Source: Oceanispirochaeta sp.
GTDB lineage: Bacteria; Spirochaetota; Spirochaetia; DSM-2461
Assembly: GCA_963666275.2 (NCBI GenBank)
Contig: CAXXOA010000001.1
Span: 32,001-96,000 of the forward strand
Reading direction: 5' to 3'
DNA length: 64,000 nucleotides
The translations under genes were made by a program, and so were the position numbers. Positions 10,541 through 19,260 of the stretch are shown in pieces; the stretch's first letter is position 1, and every line of letters starts with the position of its first letter. Under the pieces are notes generated by a model. The model did not search any database, was not told the origin of the DNA, and saw only the letters and a program-made list of their open reading frames with translations.

Positions 10541-11241
10541 AACAGTTTGCCATAATAGGATTGAGTTCCTTTGCCAAAAGGATCATTGAAGAGCTGGAGG
10601 CGTATCCCTGCGATATCCTTCTGATCGATAAGGATCCTGCCGCTATAGAGCTCTACAAGGACAGGGTTTCCCGTTCTTTTATAGCGGATGTTCTCAATGA
10701 AGAGACCATCCGCCGTCTGGTTCCCCCGGATATCAACGGCGTGGTTCTGGATCCGGGCGACAGGATCGAAGTGTCAATTCTTGTCACCAATTATCTGAAA
10801 AAAATGGGTGTGAAGAATATCTTTGTCCGGGCCGAAACCAATGAACATGGCGAGATCCTGGATCTTGTGGGGGCGGATCATGTGATTTTTCCCAACAGGG
10901 AGGCGGCTATCCGGATCTCTCCCATGCTTCTCACATCCCATCTGTTCAACTACCTTCCCATCAGCGACAATCTTGTCATTGCCGAGGTCAAGGCGCCGGA
11001 CCCTCTGATAGGGAAAACCCTGATTGAGGCGGATCTGCGGAAGACACTGAATCTGAATGTCATTGCTGTCCGGGAGGGGCAGGAGCAGGACTTCCTTTTC
11101 CGGAAGGCCGAATACAGGATCCAGCCGGGAGACATCCTTCTGCTGGCGGGGAGTCAGGATAATATCCACAGTTTTGCCGGAACCCAGAGGAATGAGAGTC
11201 CCGAAGGACTGAAACAGTTCTACAGGCGTCTGTTCAAATAA
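10537..11241 (+). CDS. trkA: Trk/Ktr regulatory subunit (RCK_N + RCK_C)
   Basis: KQFAIIGL, GADHVIFP and IGKTL...LNVIAV motifs; ATGA overlap with trkH. Confidence 0.92.
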   Translation: MKQFAIIGLSSFAKRIIEELEAYPCDILLIDKDPAAIELYKDRVSRSFIADVLNEETIRRLVPPDINGVVLDPGDRIEVSILVTNYLKKMGVKNIFVRAETNEHGEILDLVGADHVIFPNREAAIRISPMLLTSHLFNYLPISDNLVIAEVKAPDPLIGKTLIEADLRKTLNLNVIAVREGQEQDFLFRKAEYRIQPGDILLLAGSQDNIHSFAGTQRNESPEGLKQFYRRLFK

Positions 11242-11355
11242 AAGTCTCCTCTCCTCCGTCCGTATTCTCCGGAATAAAAGAGGAATCGGGAAAACCTTAT
11301 ATTTTGGTCATACCTGACTCCGGTAATATTCCCCTGCCGGGGGAAAATCCATATA

Positions 11356-13233
11356 ATGGCGATCATGAATAAATTTTTCAACGGAAGGTCCCTGGAGTTA
11401 CTGGCTCCTGCCGGGACTTTTGATATTTATAAGACTATTATTGATTCCAAATGTGATGCGGTCTACTGCGGAGGAGAAGTTCTCAATATGAGACTGATCC
11501 GCAAGGGCTACAATTTAAGCAATGAAGAGCTGAAAGAAGCGGTTTATCTGGCCAATGAGCGGGATAAAAAAGTATACATAACAGTCAACAGCCTGCTGGA
11601 TCCCTCGGAACTCTCTCAGGCGGAGGAGTACCTCTCCTTCCTGGAGGAGATTCAGCCCCACGGTCTGATCATTCAGGACGCGGCTGTTCTGGACCTTGTA
11701 AAACGGAAAAAGCTGAACCTGACCCTGCACGGTTCGGTGATGATGAATATCCACAATCTGGATATGATCCGCTTTTTTGAAAAACAGGGTGTCAGCCGGG
11801 TGGTCCTCTCCCGGGAGATGTCTCTGAAGGATATCCGGGAGCTTTCGGCCCGTACGGATATGGAACTGGAGTACTTTACCCACGGGGATATGTGTGTGGC
11901 CCATGGGGCCCAGTGCCTCTACAGCTCCTGGCTTTTCGGTATGTCCGGCAGCCGGGGCCGCTGTCTCAAACCCTGTCGCTGGCCCTATTCCCGGCTCGGA
12001 ACGGATGAGGACAAACCCTTTCCCCTGGCCGTGAAAGACCTCAGCATGTACAGCTACCTGTCCGATATGATCCTGGCGGGAGTCTCATCCTTCAAGATCG
12101 AGGGACGTATGCGGGAGAAAGAGTTCATTGCCAGTCTTGTGAATACCTACGGAGAGGCTCTGGAGCGTTTTCTGGATGATCCCTACGGAGCGTCCCATGG
12201 GGATCCGGAAGACATGGAACCCTTTAAAAAGCGGGATTACTCGACAGGCTATGCCTTCGGTACCCCCGGCATAAAGAATATCAATACCCGGGGAGAAGGT
12301 TCCGGGAAGTTCTATTCAACAGGAAAGATGTTCAGCACCCCCACCCGGGAGAGGGAGATCAACGGGGAGGAATCCCTGCCTGCGGGAAGTCCCTCTGATA
12401 GCGTCCCTCTGGAAATGGCCGTTAAGGTAAACTCTCCCGATCAGGGCCGGCTGGCTCTGGAATACGGAGCCAGACGGATCTATCTGAGCGCCGAACCTTT
12501 TGCTCCGGATCTTCCTGTCTCCCGGAAAGATCTGGCAGAACTGGCGGATCAGTGCGGGCAAGCCGGTGCAGATCTCTATTTCAGTCTGCCCCGTATGATG
12601 TCGGCTCAGCAGAGCGACCTCTTCAGAGCCTACTTTTCAAGGCCCCTTCCGGTGAAAGGCGTCCTTGCCGGCCAGGCGGGAGTCCTTGAGTTTTTGAAAA
12701 GCAGCGAGTATTCTCTTGTCTGCGATACCCCCATGAATCTGTACAATGCCAGGGCAATCCGCTTTTATGCGGATCAGGGTTTCCAGGGTTGGACTCCTTC
12801 CCTGGAGCTTCCTTTTGACTCACTCCTTTCCCTTCCGGAAGATCTGAAGGCTCTGGGTTGCGAGGCCCGGGGGGAGGTGGTTCTCCACGGTCTGCCCACT
12901 GTGATGTATATGGACCACGATGTGAGCCGGCGGCAGGAGGATCGGGTGGAGCTGGACACTCCCGAATCCCGGCTGACCATACGGCGGGACTGGTGGAACC
13001 GGTATCATCTGCTTCCCCACAAAGAGCTCTCCCTGCTGCCCCGTCTGCCCGAACTGGTCTCCGCGGGGTACAGTCGTTTCCGTCTGGAACTCCAGGGCTA
13101 CGGGCCTGCGGAATCCCGGGAGGTTCTGAGGGCCTGCGGAGAGTCTCTGGCTGACCCCGCTTCGGGAGGGGGTATCCTGAAAAATCTGAAACCCATCGGA
13201 GGAGGCTTTACCTATGGCGCACACCATTTCTGA
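11356..13233 (+). CDS. U32-family Fe-S protein with a second, degenerate U32-like C-terminal domain
   Basis: ELLAPAG; HGDMCVAHGAQC...RGRCLKPCR (CX6CX15CX3C); SFKIEGR. The C-terminal half repeats U32 motifs without the Cys cluster. Confidence 0.9.
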   Translation: MAIMNKFFNGRSLELLAPAGTFDIYKTIIDSKCDAVYCGGEVLNMRLIRKGYNLSNEELKEAVYLANERDKKVYITVNSLLDPSELSQAEEYLSFLEEIQPHGLIIQDAAVLDLVKRKKLNLTLHGSVMMNIHNLDMIRFFEKQGVSRVVLSREMSLKDIRELSARTDMELEYFTHGDMCVAHGAQCLYSSWLFGMSGSRGRCLKPCRWPYSRLGTDEDKPFPLAVKDLSMYSYLSDMILAGVSSFKIEGRMREKEFIASLVNTYGEALERFLDDPYGASHGDPEDMEPFKKRDYSTGYAFGTPGIKNINTRGEGSGKFYSTGKMFSTPTREREINGEESLPAGSPSDSVPLEMAVKVNSPDQGRLALEYGARRIYLSAEPFAPDLPVSRKDLAELADQCGQAGADLYFSLPRMMSAQQSDLFRAYFSRPLPVKGVLAGQAGVLEFLKSSEYSLVCDTPMNLYNARAIRFYADQGFQGWTPSLELPFDSLLSLPEDLKALGCEARGEVVLHGLPTVMYMDHDVSRRQEDRVELDTPESRLTIRRDWWNRYHLLPHKELSLLPRLPELVSAGYSRFRLELQGYGPAESREVLRACGESLADPASGGGILKNLKPIGGGFTYGAHHF

Positions 13234-14470
13234 TACTAACCGGTCCGATTATATCGGTCCCGAGGGGATCATAGAAAAGAAACAGGAGTATCTGATGCCC
13301 TGTTCCTTTCATTTTTACAAAGACCCTCCCCAGCTTGTAAAAGGGAAAGGCACAAAGCTCTACGACAGCTCAGGGCGGGAGTATACCGACTTTTTTGCAG
13401 GGGTTTCGGTCATGAGCTGCGGCCACTGCAATGAGAAGATCAATGCAAAGGTTATGGAACAGCTCAATACGCTGCAGCATACCACTTCGATCTATCTGAC
13501 TCAGCCTGTGGTGGATCTGGCGCAGAAACTGGCGGAAGTCCTCCCGGGAAATCTGAAGCAGAGTTTTTTCTGCAACTCCGGATCCGAAGCCAACGAGGGA
13601 GCCATGCTGCTGGCCCGGGTTGCGACGGGAAAGCGGGAGTTCCTGGCTCTGGAGAGAAGTCTCCATGGAAGGACCTTCCTGACCTCGGGAGCCACGGGGA
13701 TTCCCATGTGGCGGACCGACCCTTTTGCGGATGAAAACCCTGTGCATTTTGCCTCTGATGCGGATCATGTCTGCCGGATCCTGGAAGAAAAGGGTGATGC
13801 CATCGCCGCTCTGATGGTGGAACCCATTCAGGGCAACGCGGGGATCCGTCCTCTGGAGCCGGATTTCTTTGAAAAGGTGGGCCCCCTGCTGAAGGAGAAG
13901 AAGGTGCTTCTTATCAGTGATGAGATCCAGACGGGGTTTGCCCGGACAGGACGGATGTTTGCCATTGAGCATTACGGGATCGTTCCGGATATCCTGACAG
14001 GAGCCAAAGCCCTGGGGAACGGATTTCCCATCGGTTTCTTTGCGGCCGTCCCCGAGGTTGCCGCCTCTTTTACAAAGCCCTCGGCTTCCACCCTGGGGGG
14101 GAACCCCGTCTCCTGTCAGGCCGGACTGGCTGTCCTGGATTTTATCCGGGAGGAAAAATTGATGGAAAAGGCGGATACACTGGGTGGAATTCTGAAAAAG
14201 GGACTGACCAGGTTCAGCGGTTTGACTGACCATCTGGGTGAGCCCCGGGGCATGGGCCTTATGCTGGGGATTCCCGTGCTGCCCGAGGGAACTTCCCAGG
14301 CGGCGGATATCACCGACAGGATCCTGGAAGGGATGAAAGACCGGGGATTCCTTATCGGAAAGAACGGTATGGGCCGGGATGTTCTGGCCTTTCAGCCTCC
14401 TCTTGTCATTTCAGAAGAGGAAATAAAAGAGATGCTTGCGGCATTGGAAGAACTATTAACGGAGTTATGA
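13214..14470 (+). CDS. Class III PLP-dependent aminotransferase
   Basis: NSGSEANE, LHGRT, EPIQG, DEIQTGFARTG, PLP lysine in GAKALGNG, STLGGNP. Confidence 0.93.
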   Translation: MAHTISDTNRSDYIGPEGIIEKKQEYLMPCSFHFYKDPPQLVKGKGTKLYDSSGREYTDFFAGVSVMSCGHCNEKINAKVMEQLNTLQHTTSIYLTQPVVDLAQKLAEVLPGNLKQSFFCNSGSEANEGAMLLARVATGKREFLALERSLHGRTFLTSGATGIPMWRTDPFADENPVHFASDADHVCRILEEKGDAIAALMVEPIQGNAGIRPLEPDFFEKVGPLLKEKKVLLISDEIQTGFARTGRMFAIEHYGIVPDILTGAKALGNGFPIGFFAAVPEVAASFTKPSASTLGGNPVSCQAGLAVLDFIREEKLMEKADTLGGILKKGLTRFSGLTDHLGEPRGMGLMLGIPVLPEGTSQAADITDRILEGMKDRGFLIGKNGMGRDVLAFQPPLVISEEEIKEMLAALEELLTEL

Positions 14471-15336
14471 TGAAAAAGATTTTTACTGTTTTATATATTG
14501 CCTGCCTGACCCTTTCGGTTACGGCGGGAGGTCAGAAGGAAGGGGCTCCGGCGGATCAGCCTGTGCGGATCGGTGTTATGCCCGATGCGGGAGCTCTGCC
14601 TCTGTTCCTGATGGAGGGGGTCGAGACAGTTCCCTTTATGAGCGCCAAAGAGCGGGATACGGCTATGCAGCTGGGAGAACTGGACGGGATTATGACCGAC
14701 ATGGTCGCGGTGGTTTCCTACGGTCAGCGGGGCATGCCTCTGAAAGTCATGACAATCACAGAAAGCCGGTTCCTCCTGGTGGGGCATCCCGGTTTTTCCG
14801 AAGAGGACACCTGGAGCGTGGGGCTTTCGGAGAACACAGTGATTGAGTTTATGGTGGATCAGCTGGCTCAGGGGATCGATGTTGAAAAAGTCGGTATTCC
14901 CCAGGTCCCGGTGCGCATGGAGATGCTCCGGAACGGAAAAATCCCCCTGGCCTGTCTGACCGATGCCATGGCCTGGCCCCTACTGAGCCGGGATTTTCCC
15001 ATTGTAAGAGATCAGGCCGATACAGATCTGGAACCTGCTGTCCTGGCATTTTCTGCCGAGTATGCCGGAAAAAACAGTCACAAACTGGCGGATTTCAGCC
15101 GCCGATGGGATGAGGCGGTGGATAAGATTAACGCCAGTCCTGAAGAGTACCGGTCCCTCCTTCTGGAAAAAATCCGCCTCCCCGAGGACACAGATCACCC
15201 CTATCCCATGCCTGTATTCAGATCCATCCAGCTGCCTCCTGAGGGAACGGTGGAAAAGGTTTTAACCTGGTTTGATGAAAAATACGGACTCACCTCTCCG
15301 GTCTCCTACGGAGATCTGATGCTGCAGGGGGAGTAG
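14467..15336 (+). CDS. ABC transporter substrate-binding protein (NitT/TauT/NMT1-like)
   Basis: Signal peptide; IGVMPD...PLF, SAKERDTAMQLGELDG and VPVRMEML motifs; same operon as a NitT/TauT-type ATPase and permease. Confidence 0.82.
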   Translation: MMKKIFTVLYIACLTLSVTAGGQKEGAPADQPVRIGVMPDAGALPLFLMEGVETVPFMSAKERDTAMQLGELDGIMTDMVAVVSYGQRGMPLKVMTITESRFLLVGHPGFSEEDTWSVGLSENTVIEFMVDQLAQGIDVEKVGIPQVPVRMEMLRNGKIPLACLTDAMAWPLLSRDFPIVRDQADTDLEPAVLAFSAEYAGKNSHKLADFSRRWDEAVDKINASPEEYRSLLLEKIRLPEDTDHPYPMPVFRSIQLPPEGTVEKVLTWFDEKYGLTSPVSYGDLMLQGE

Positions 15337-15339
15337 TCC

Positions 15340-16788
15340 ATGTCCTATAAAAGTCTGCAGGATTTTATCAAGCAGCTGGAGAAGGAGGGAGAGCTGAAAC
15401 GGATCAGCCTTCCTGTGGATTCTCATCTTGAAATTACCGAAATTACAGACAGGGTCAGCAAGCAGAACGGTCCGGCCCTTCTTTTTGAAAATGTGAAGGG
15501 TTCTGAATTCCCCGTGCTTATCAATGCCATGGGGAGCTACAAAAGGATGGCCATGGCTCTGGGGGCCGCGTCCCTGGACGAAAAGGCCGCTGAACTGGAA
15601 GATCTGATGGAGTGGGGTTTTTCCCAGATGCGACAGCTGGACATTATGAGCTTCTTTCCCAAGATCAAATGGGCCCGGCTCTTTCTGCCCCACAAGGTCC
15701 TTTCCGCTCCCTGCCAGCAGGTGGTGGATCATGACCCCGATCTGGGGACACTGCCTGTTCTTACCTGCTGGCCCGGTGACGGGGGCCCCTTTTTCACACT
15801 GCCTCTTGTGATTACAAAAGATCCCGAAACGGGGGCCCAGAATATGGGAATGTACAGGATGCAGGTGTACGACAGAAACACAACGGGAATGCACTGGCAC
15901 CACCACAAGGACGGAGCCCATTTCTATCAGAAATACAAGGACCAGGGAGAGAAAATGCCCGTAGCTGTGGCACTGGGTGATGACCCTGCGGTGACCTATT
16001 CGGCCACAGCCCCGCTTCCCGAGGGAATCTCGGAGCTCTTTTTTGCAGGATACCTCCGGGGAAAGCCGGTGGATACCGTTAAGTGCATCACTTCGGATCT
16101 TCAGGTTCCGGCCAATGCGGAGTTTATCCTGGAAGGCTATGTGGATCCTTCGGAACCGCTGCGCCGGGAAGGCCCCTTCGGGGATCATACGGGTTACTAC
16201 TCCCTGGCCGATGACTTTCCCGTCTTCCATGTGACCTGCATTACCCGGAAGAAAAAGCCTGTTTTTCCGGCTACCATCGTGGGACAGCCTCCCATGGAGG
16301 ACTGCTATATGGCTAAAGCTACGGAAAGGCTCTTTCTGCCGCTTCTGAAGAAGATGCATCCCGAGATCATCGATATGAACCTTCCCCTGGAAGGGGTTTT
16401 TCACAACTGCGCCATCATCTCCATAAAAAAACGCTTTGCCGGGCATGTCCATAAAGTTCTGAGCAGCCTCTGGGGGCTGGGGCAGATGATGTACACCAAA
16501 ATGATCATTGTGGTAGACCACGATGTGGATGTGCAGGACCTGAGCCTCGTGATGTGGAAGGTCTTCAACAATATCGATGCCGAAAGGGATCTGATCATGA
16601 GTCAGGGCCCCCTGGATACTCTGGATCATGCTTCCCCCCGGGCCCGGTTCGGTACCCGCCTGGGCGTGGATGCCACCCGGAAAGGGCCCATGGACGGCCA
16701 TCACAGGGAGTGGCCTGAAGACATTGTGATGAGCGATGAAATCAAAGAACAGGTAGACCGCAGATGGAAGGAGCTGGGTTTTGAATAA
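15340..16788 (+). CDS. ubiD: UbiD-family prFMN-dependent decarboxylase (menaquinone-pathway type)
   Basis: LEITEI, GPALLFENV, NMGMYRMQ, EGPFGDHTGYY, LGVDATRK. Confidence 0.95.
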   Translation: MSYKSLQDFIKQLEKEGELKRISLPVDSHLEITEITDRVSKQNGPALLFENVKGSEFPVLINAMGSYKRMAMALGAASLDEKAAELEDLMEWGFSQMRQLDIMSFFPKIKWARLFLPHKVLSAPCQQVVDHDPDLGTLPVLTCWPGDGGPFFTLPLVITKDPETGAQNMGMYRMQVYDRNTTGMHWHHHKDGAHFYQKYKDQGEKMPVAVALGDDPAVTYSATAPLPEGISELFFAGYLRGKPVDTVKCITSDLQVPANAEFILEGYVDPSEPLRREGPFGDHTGYYSLADDFPVFHVTCITRKKKPVFPATIVGQPPMEDCYMAKATERLFLPLLKKMHPEIIDMNLPLEGVFHNCAIISIKKRFAGHVHKVLSSLWGLGQMMYTKMIIVVDHDVDVQDLSLVMWKVFNNIDAERDLIMSQGPLDTLDHASPRARFGTRLGVDATRKGPMDGHHREWPEDIVMSDEIKEQVDRRWKELGFE

Positions 16789-17683
16789 GCTCATCACCCT
16801 GGCGGGACGGGAGCTGGAAAGGGGAAAGGGGATCAGCCGGGCCGTGATGCTGGAGCATACCCTTTTCTCCCTGCCCCTGGCTGTGAGCGCCTTCCTTCTG
16901 GAAAGCAGGGGCCGTCCGGCTCTTATGGATGTGGTCTGGATTCTCCTGGCCGTATTCGGAGCCCGCAACGGCGCCAATGCGCTGAACCGCCTGATTGACC
17001 GGAAAATCGATGCGGCTAATCCCCGGACAGCCGGGAGGGATCTGCCCTCAGGGAAGGTGAAAGCCCTGGATCTTTGGCTTTTCACGGCTTTCTGCGGCAT
17101 CCTCTTTATAGTGTCCGCAGCCATGCTGAACCCGCTCTGTCTGGCCCTTGTGCCAGTCGGTGCCGTTCTGATCGGAGGCTACTCCTTTACCAAACGGTTC
17201 ACCTGGCTCTGCCATTTCTGGCTGGGCGTCACCTGCTCCGCCGCGGTGATGGGCAGTTATCTCGCCCTGACCGGCCACTTTGAGATCCGGTATTTTCCTC
17301 TGACCATCGCCGCGGCCCTCTGGATCGCCGGTTTTGATATGATCTACGCCCTTCAGGATATTGAGCACGACAGAGCCCACGGGATCCATTCGGTTCCCGC
17401 CCGGTTCGGCCGCAGCGGCGCTCTTGTGATCATCGCTTTGTGCCATGCCGGAGCGGTTTTGTTTTTTGCCCTGAATGCCCTGTTTTTTCCGGTCCGGATC
17501 TGGTACTTCCTGGGACTGGCCGGGGCGTCTCTTCTCCTGATCGCGGAAAACCTGATCGCCCGTAAGGGGAGCGTCAAATGGATTCCCCTGGCGTCCTACC
17601 ATCTGAATCAGATCCTTTCGCCTCTGTTTCTTCTCTTTGTCCTGCTGGATATCTATCTGCCCGGAGGACTGTATGGGAATTGA
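16781..17683 (+). CDS. ubiA: UbiA-family aromatic prenyltransferase (MqnP-like)
   Basis: TTG start; EHTLFSLP, NRLIDRKIDAANPRT, YSFTKRFT, FDMIYALQD; multiple TM helices. Confidence 0.93.
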   Translation: MNKLITLAGRELERGKGISRAVMLEHTLFSLPLAVSAFLLESRGRPALMDVVWILLAVFGARNGANALNRLIDRKIDAANPRTAGRDLPSGKVKALDLWLFTAFCGILFIVSAAMLNPLCLALVPVGAVLIGGYSFTKRFTWLCHFWLGVTCSAAVMGSYLALTGHFEIRYFPLTIAAALWIAGFDMIYALQDIEHDRAHGIHSVPARFGRSGALVIIALCHAGAVLFFALNALFFPVRIWYFLGLAGASLLLIAENLIARKGSVKWIPLASYHLNQILSPLFLLFVLLDIYLPGGLYGN

Positions 17684-17698
17684 AGGACAGGGCCGGAG

Positions 17699-18451
17699 AT
17701 GATTGCCTTCAGGGACCTCTCCTACTGTTACGGCAGCGGCAAAGCTGTGATCCCCTGTCTGAACGGCTCCTGGGAAGCCGGCAGGATCCACGGACTGATC
17801 GGCCCCTCGGGCTGCGGAAAGAGCACGCTCCTCTATCTGATCGCGGGACTTTTAACTCCTTCGGGAGGGGATCTGCTTGTGGATTCTGAGACTCCGGTTC
17901 CGGGAAGGTATAAAACCGCTGTGATCCTGCAGAATCACGGGCTTTTCCCCTGGAAAACAGCCTGGGAAAATATTGCTCTGGGCCTCAAAATCCGCAAAGA
18001 GAAACCGGCTGTGATCCGCCGGAAGGTGGCGCAGGTTCTGGAGGAGCTGGGTCTTCAGGGAAAGGAGAAATCCTATCCCCGGGAGCTCTCGGGGGGAGAA
18101 CAGCAGAGGCTTGCCATCGGGCGGGCGCTGGTGCTGGATCCGGAACTCCTTCTGCTGGATGAACCCTTTTCCGCTCTGGATGCCATGACCCGGGAGAGAC
18201 TGCAGGACAGCCTCTGGATGCTGAAACAGAGGCGTTCGGAAGGGACGGGACTGACTGTTGTCCATGTGACCCACAGTATTGAAGAGGCTGTCTTTCTGAG
18301 TGACCGCATTCATATCATGGATCAGGCCGGTGAGATCCACAGCACGGAAAATCATACCCCCGGCCCGGGATACAGAATGGAAAGCTCCTATTTCGAACGC
18401 TGTGTGGCCCTGAGAAAGGCCTTTGATCTTCATACGGGAGGGGAGATGTGA
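17699..18451 (+). CDS. ABC transporter ATP-binding protein (NitT/TauT type)
   Basis: GPSGCGKST, LFPWKT, LSGGEQQR, LLLDEPFSALD, HVTHSIEEA. Confidence 0.95.
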   Translation: MIAFRDLSYCYGSGKAVIPCLNGSWEAGRIHGLIGPSGCGKSTLLYLIAGLLTPSGGDLLVDSETPVPGRYKTAVILQNHGLFPWKTAWENIALGLKIRKEKPAVIRRKVAQVLEELGLQGKEKSYPRELSGGEQQRLAIGRALVLDPELLLLDEPFSALDAMTRERLQDSLWMLKQRRSEGTGLTVVHVTHSIEEAVFLSDRIHIMDQAGEIHSTENHTPGPGYRMESSYFERCVALRKAFDLHTGGEM

Positions 18452-19173
18452 AAAGACTGATTCCTCCGCTGCTCTTTTTTCTTTTTCTCTGGTGGGTGCT
18501 GGCCCTTGTTCTGGCCATCCCGTTTCTGCCGGCACCGGACAGGGTGATACTGGAACTCTTTGATCAGTTCCGTCAGGGGCTCCTGGGGCCTCATCTGGCG
18601 ATTTCCCTCTACAGGGTTCTCACGGCTCTGGCTCTGGCGTTTATCCCCGCCCTGTTTCTGGGAATCCTCTCGGGCGTAAACCGGAAGATCGACCGAGTTG
18701 TCAGCCCCGGAGTATACCTGCTCTATCCGATTCCCAAAGTGGCCCTTCTGCCAATTATCCTCCTCTTTCTGGGGCTTGGAAACGGCTCGAAGATCTTCTT
18801 TGTGGCTCTTATTATTTTCTTTCAGTTCTATCTGAACTTCCGTGATGAAACCGCCGGGATCAATCAGCGGTACTTTGATTCCCTGACCACTCTGGGAGGG
18901 GGCCGTATCGATCAGTGGAGACACATCATTCTGCCGGCTCTGCTTCCGAGGATCTACTCTTCCCTGCGGATGACCCTGGGAACCGCCATTGCCGTCCTGT
19001 TCCTGGCGGAAACTTTTGCCACCAGGCAGGGAATCGGCTGGTACATCATGGATGCCTGGTCCCGGTTCGCCTATGTGGAGATGTATGCGGGCATTGCCGC
19101 TCTGAGTCTGTCGGGGCTGGTTCTCTTCCTTCTGCTGGATCTGGCGGAAGCTTTGAGCTGCCGCTGGAAGTGA
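18448..19173 (+). CDS. ABC transporter permease (NitT/TauT type)
   Basis: GTG start; YPIPKVALLP, ILPALLP and GIGWYI motifs. Confidence 0.93.
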   Translation: MKRLIPPLLFFLFLWWVLALVLAIPFLPAPDRVILELFDQFRQGLLGPHLAISLYRVLTALALAFIPALFLGILSGVNRKIDRVVSPGVYLLYPIPKVALLPIILLFLGLGNGSKIFFVALIIFFQFYLNFRDETAGINQRYFDSLTTLGGGRIDQWRHIILPALLPRIYSSLRMTLGTAIAVLFLAETFATRQGIGWYIMDAWSRFAYVEMYAGIAALSLSGLVLFLLLDLAEALSCRWK

Positions 19174-19260
19174 ACTGAAGGTGGAGAAGGAAATGATAGA
19201 TCTTTGCGGGAATTGTCAAACAGCTGCAATAATGTATTCTCAAGGGGAAAAGAAGTTTTC

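Noticed and set aside
11242..11355. Possible riboswitch ahead of the U32 operon
   Set aside because: Only short hairpins (e.g. TTCCCC...GGGGAA); no aptamer consensus recognisable by eye. An Rfam scan would settle it.
11356..13233. Calling the U32 protein a collagenase or protease
   Set aside because: Characterised U32 members with this Cys motif are Fe-S hydroxylation proteins, and it has no signal peptide.
15262..17124. 620-aa minus-strand ORF
   Set aside because: Antisense shadow of the well-supported ubiD and ubiA genes, with no recognisable motifs.
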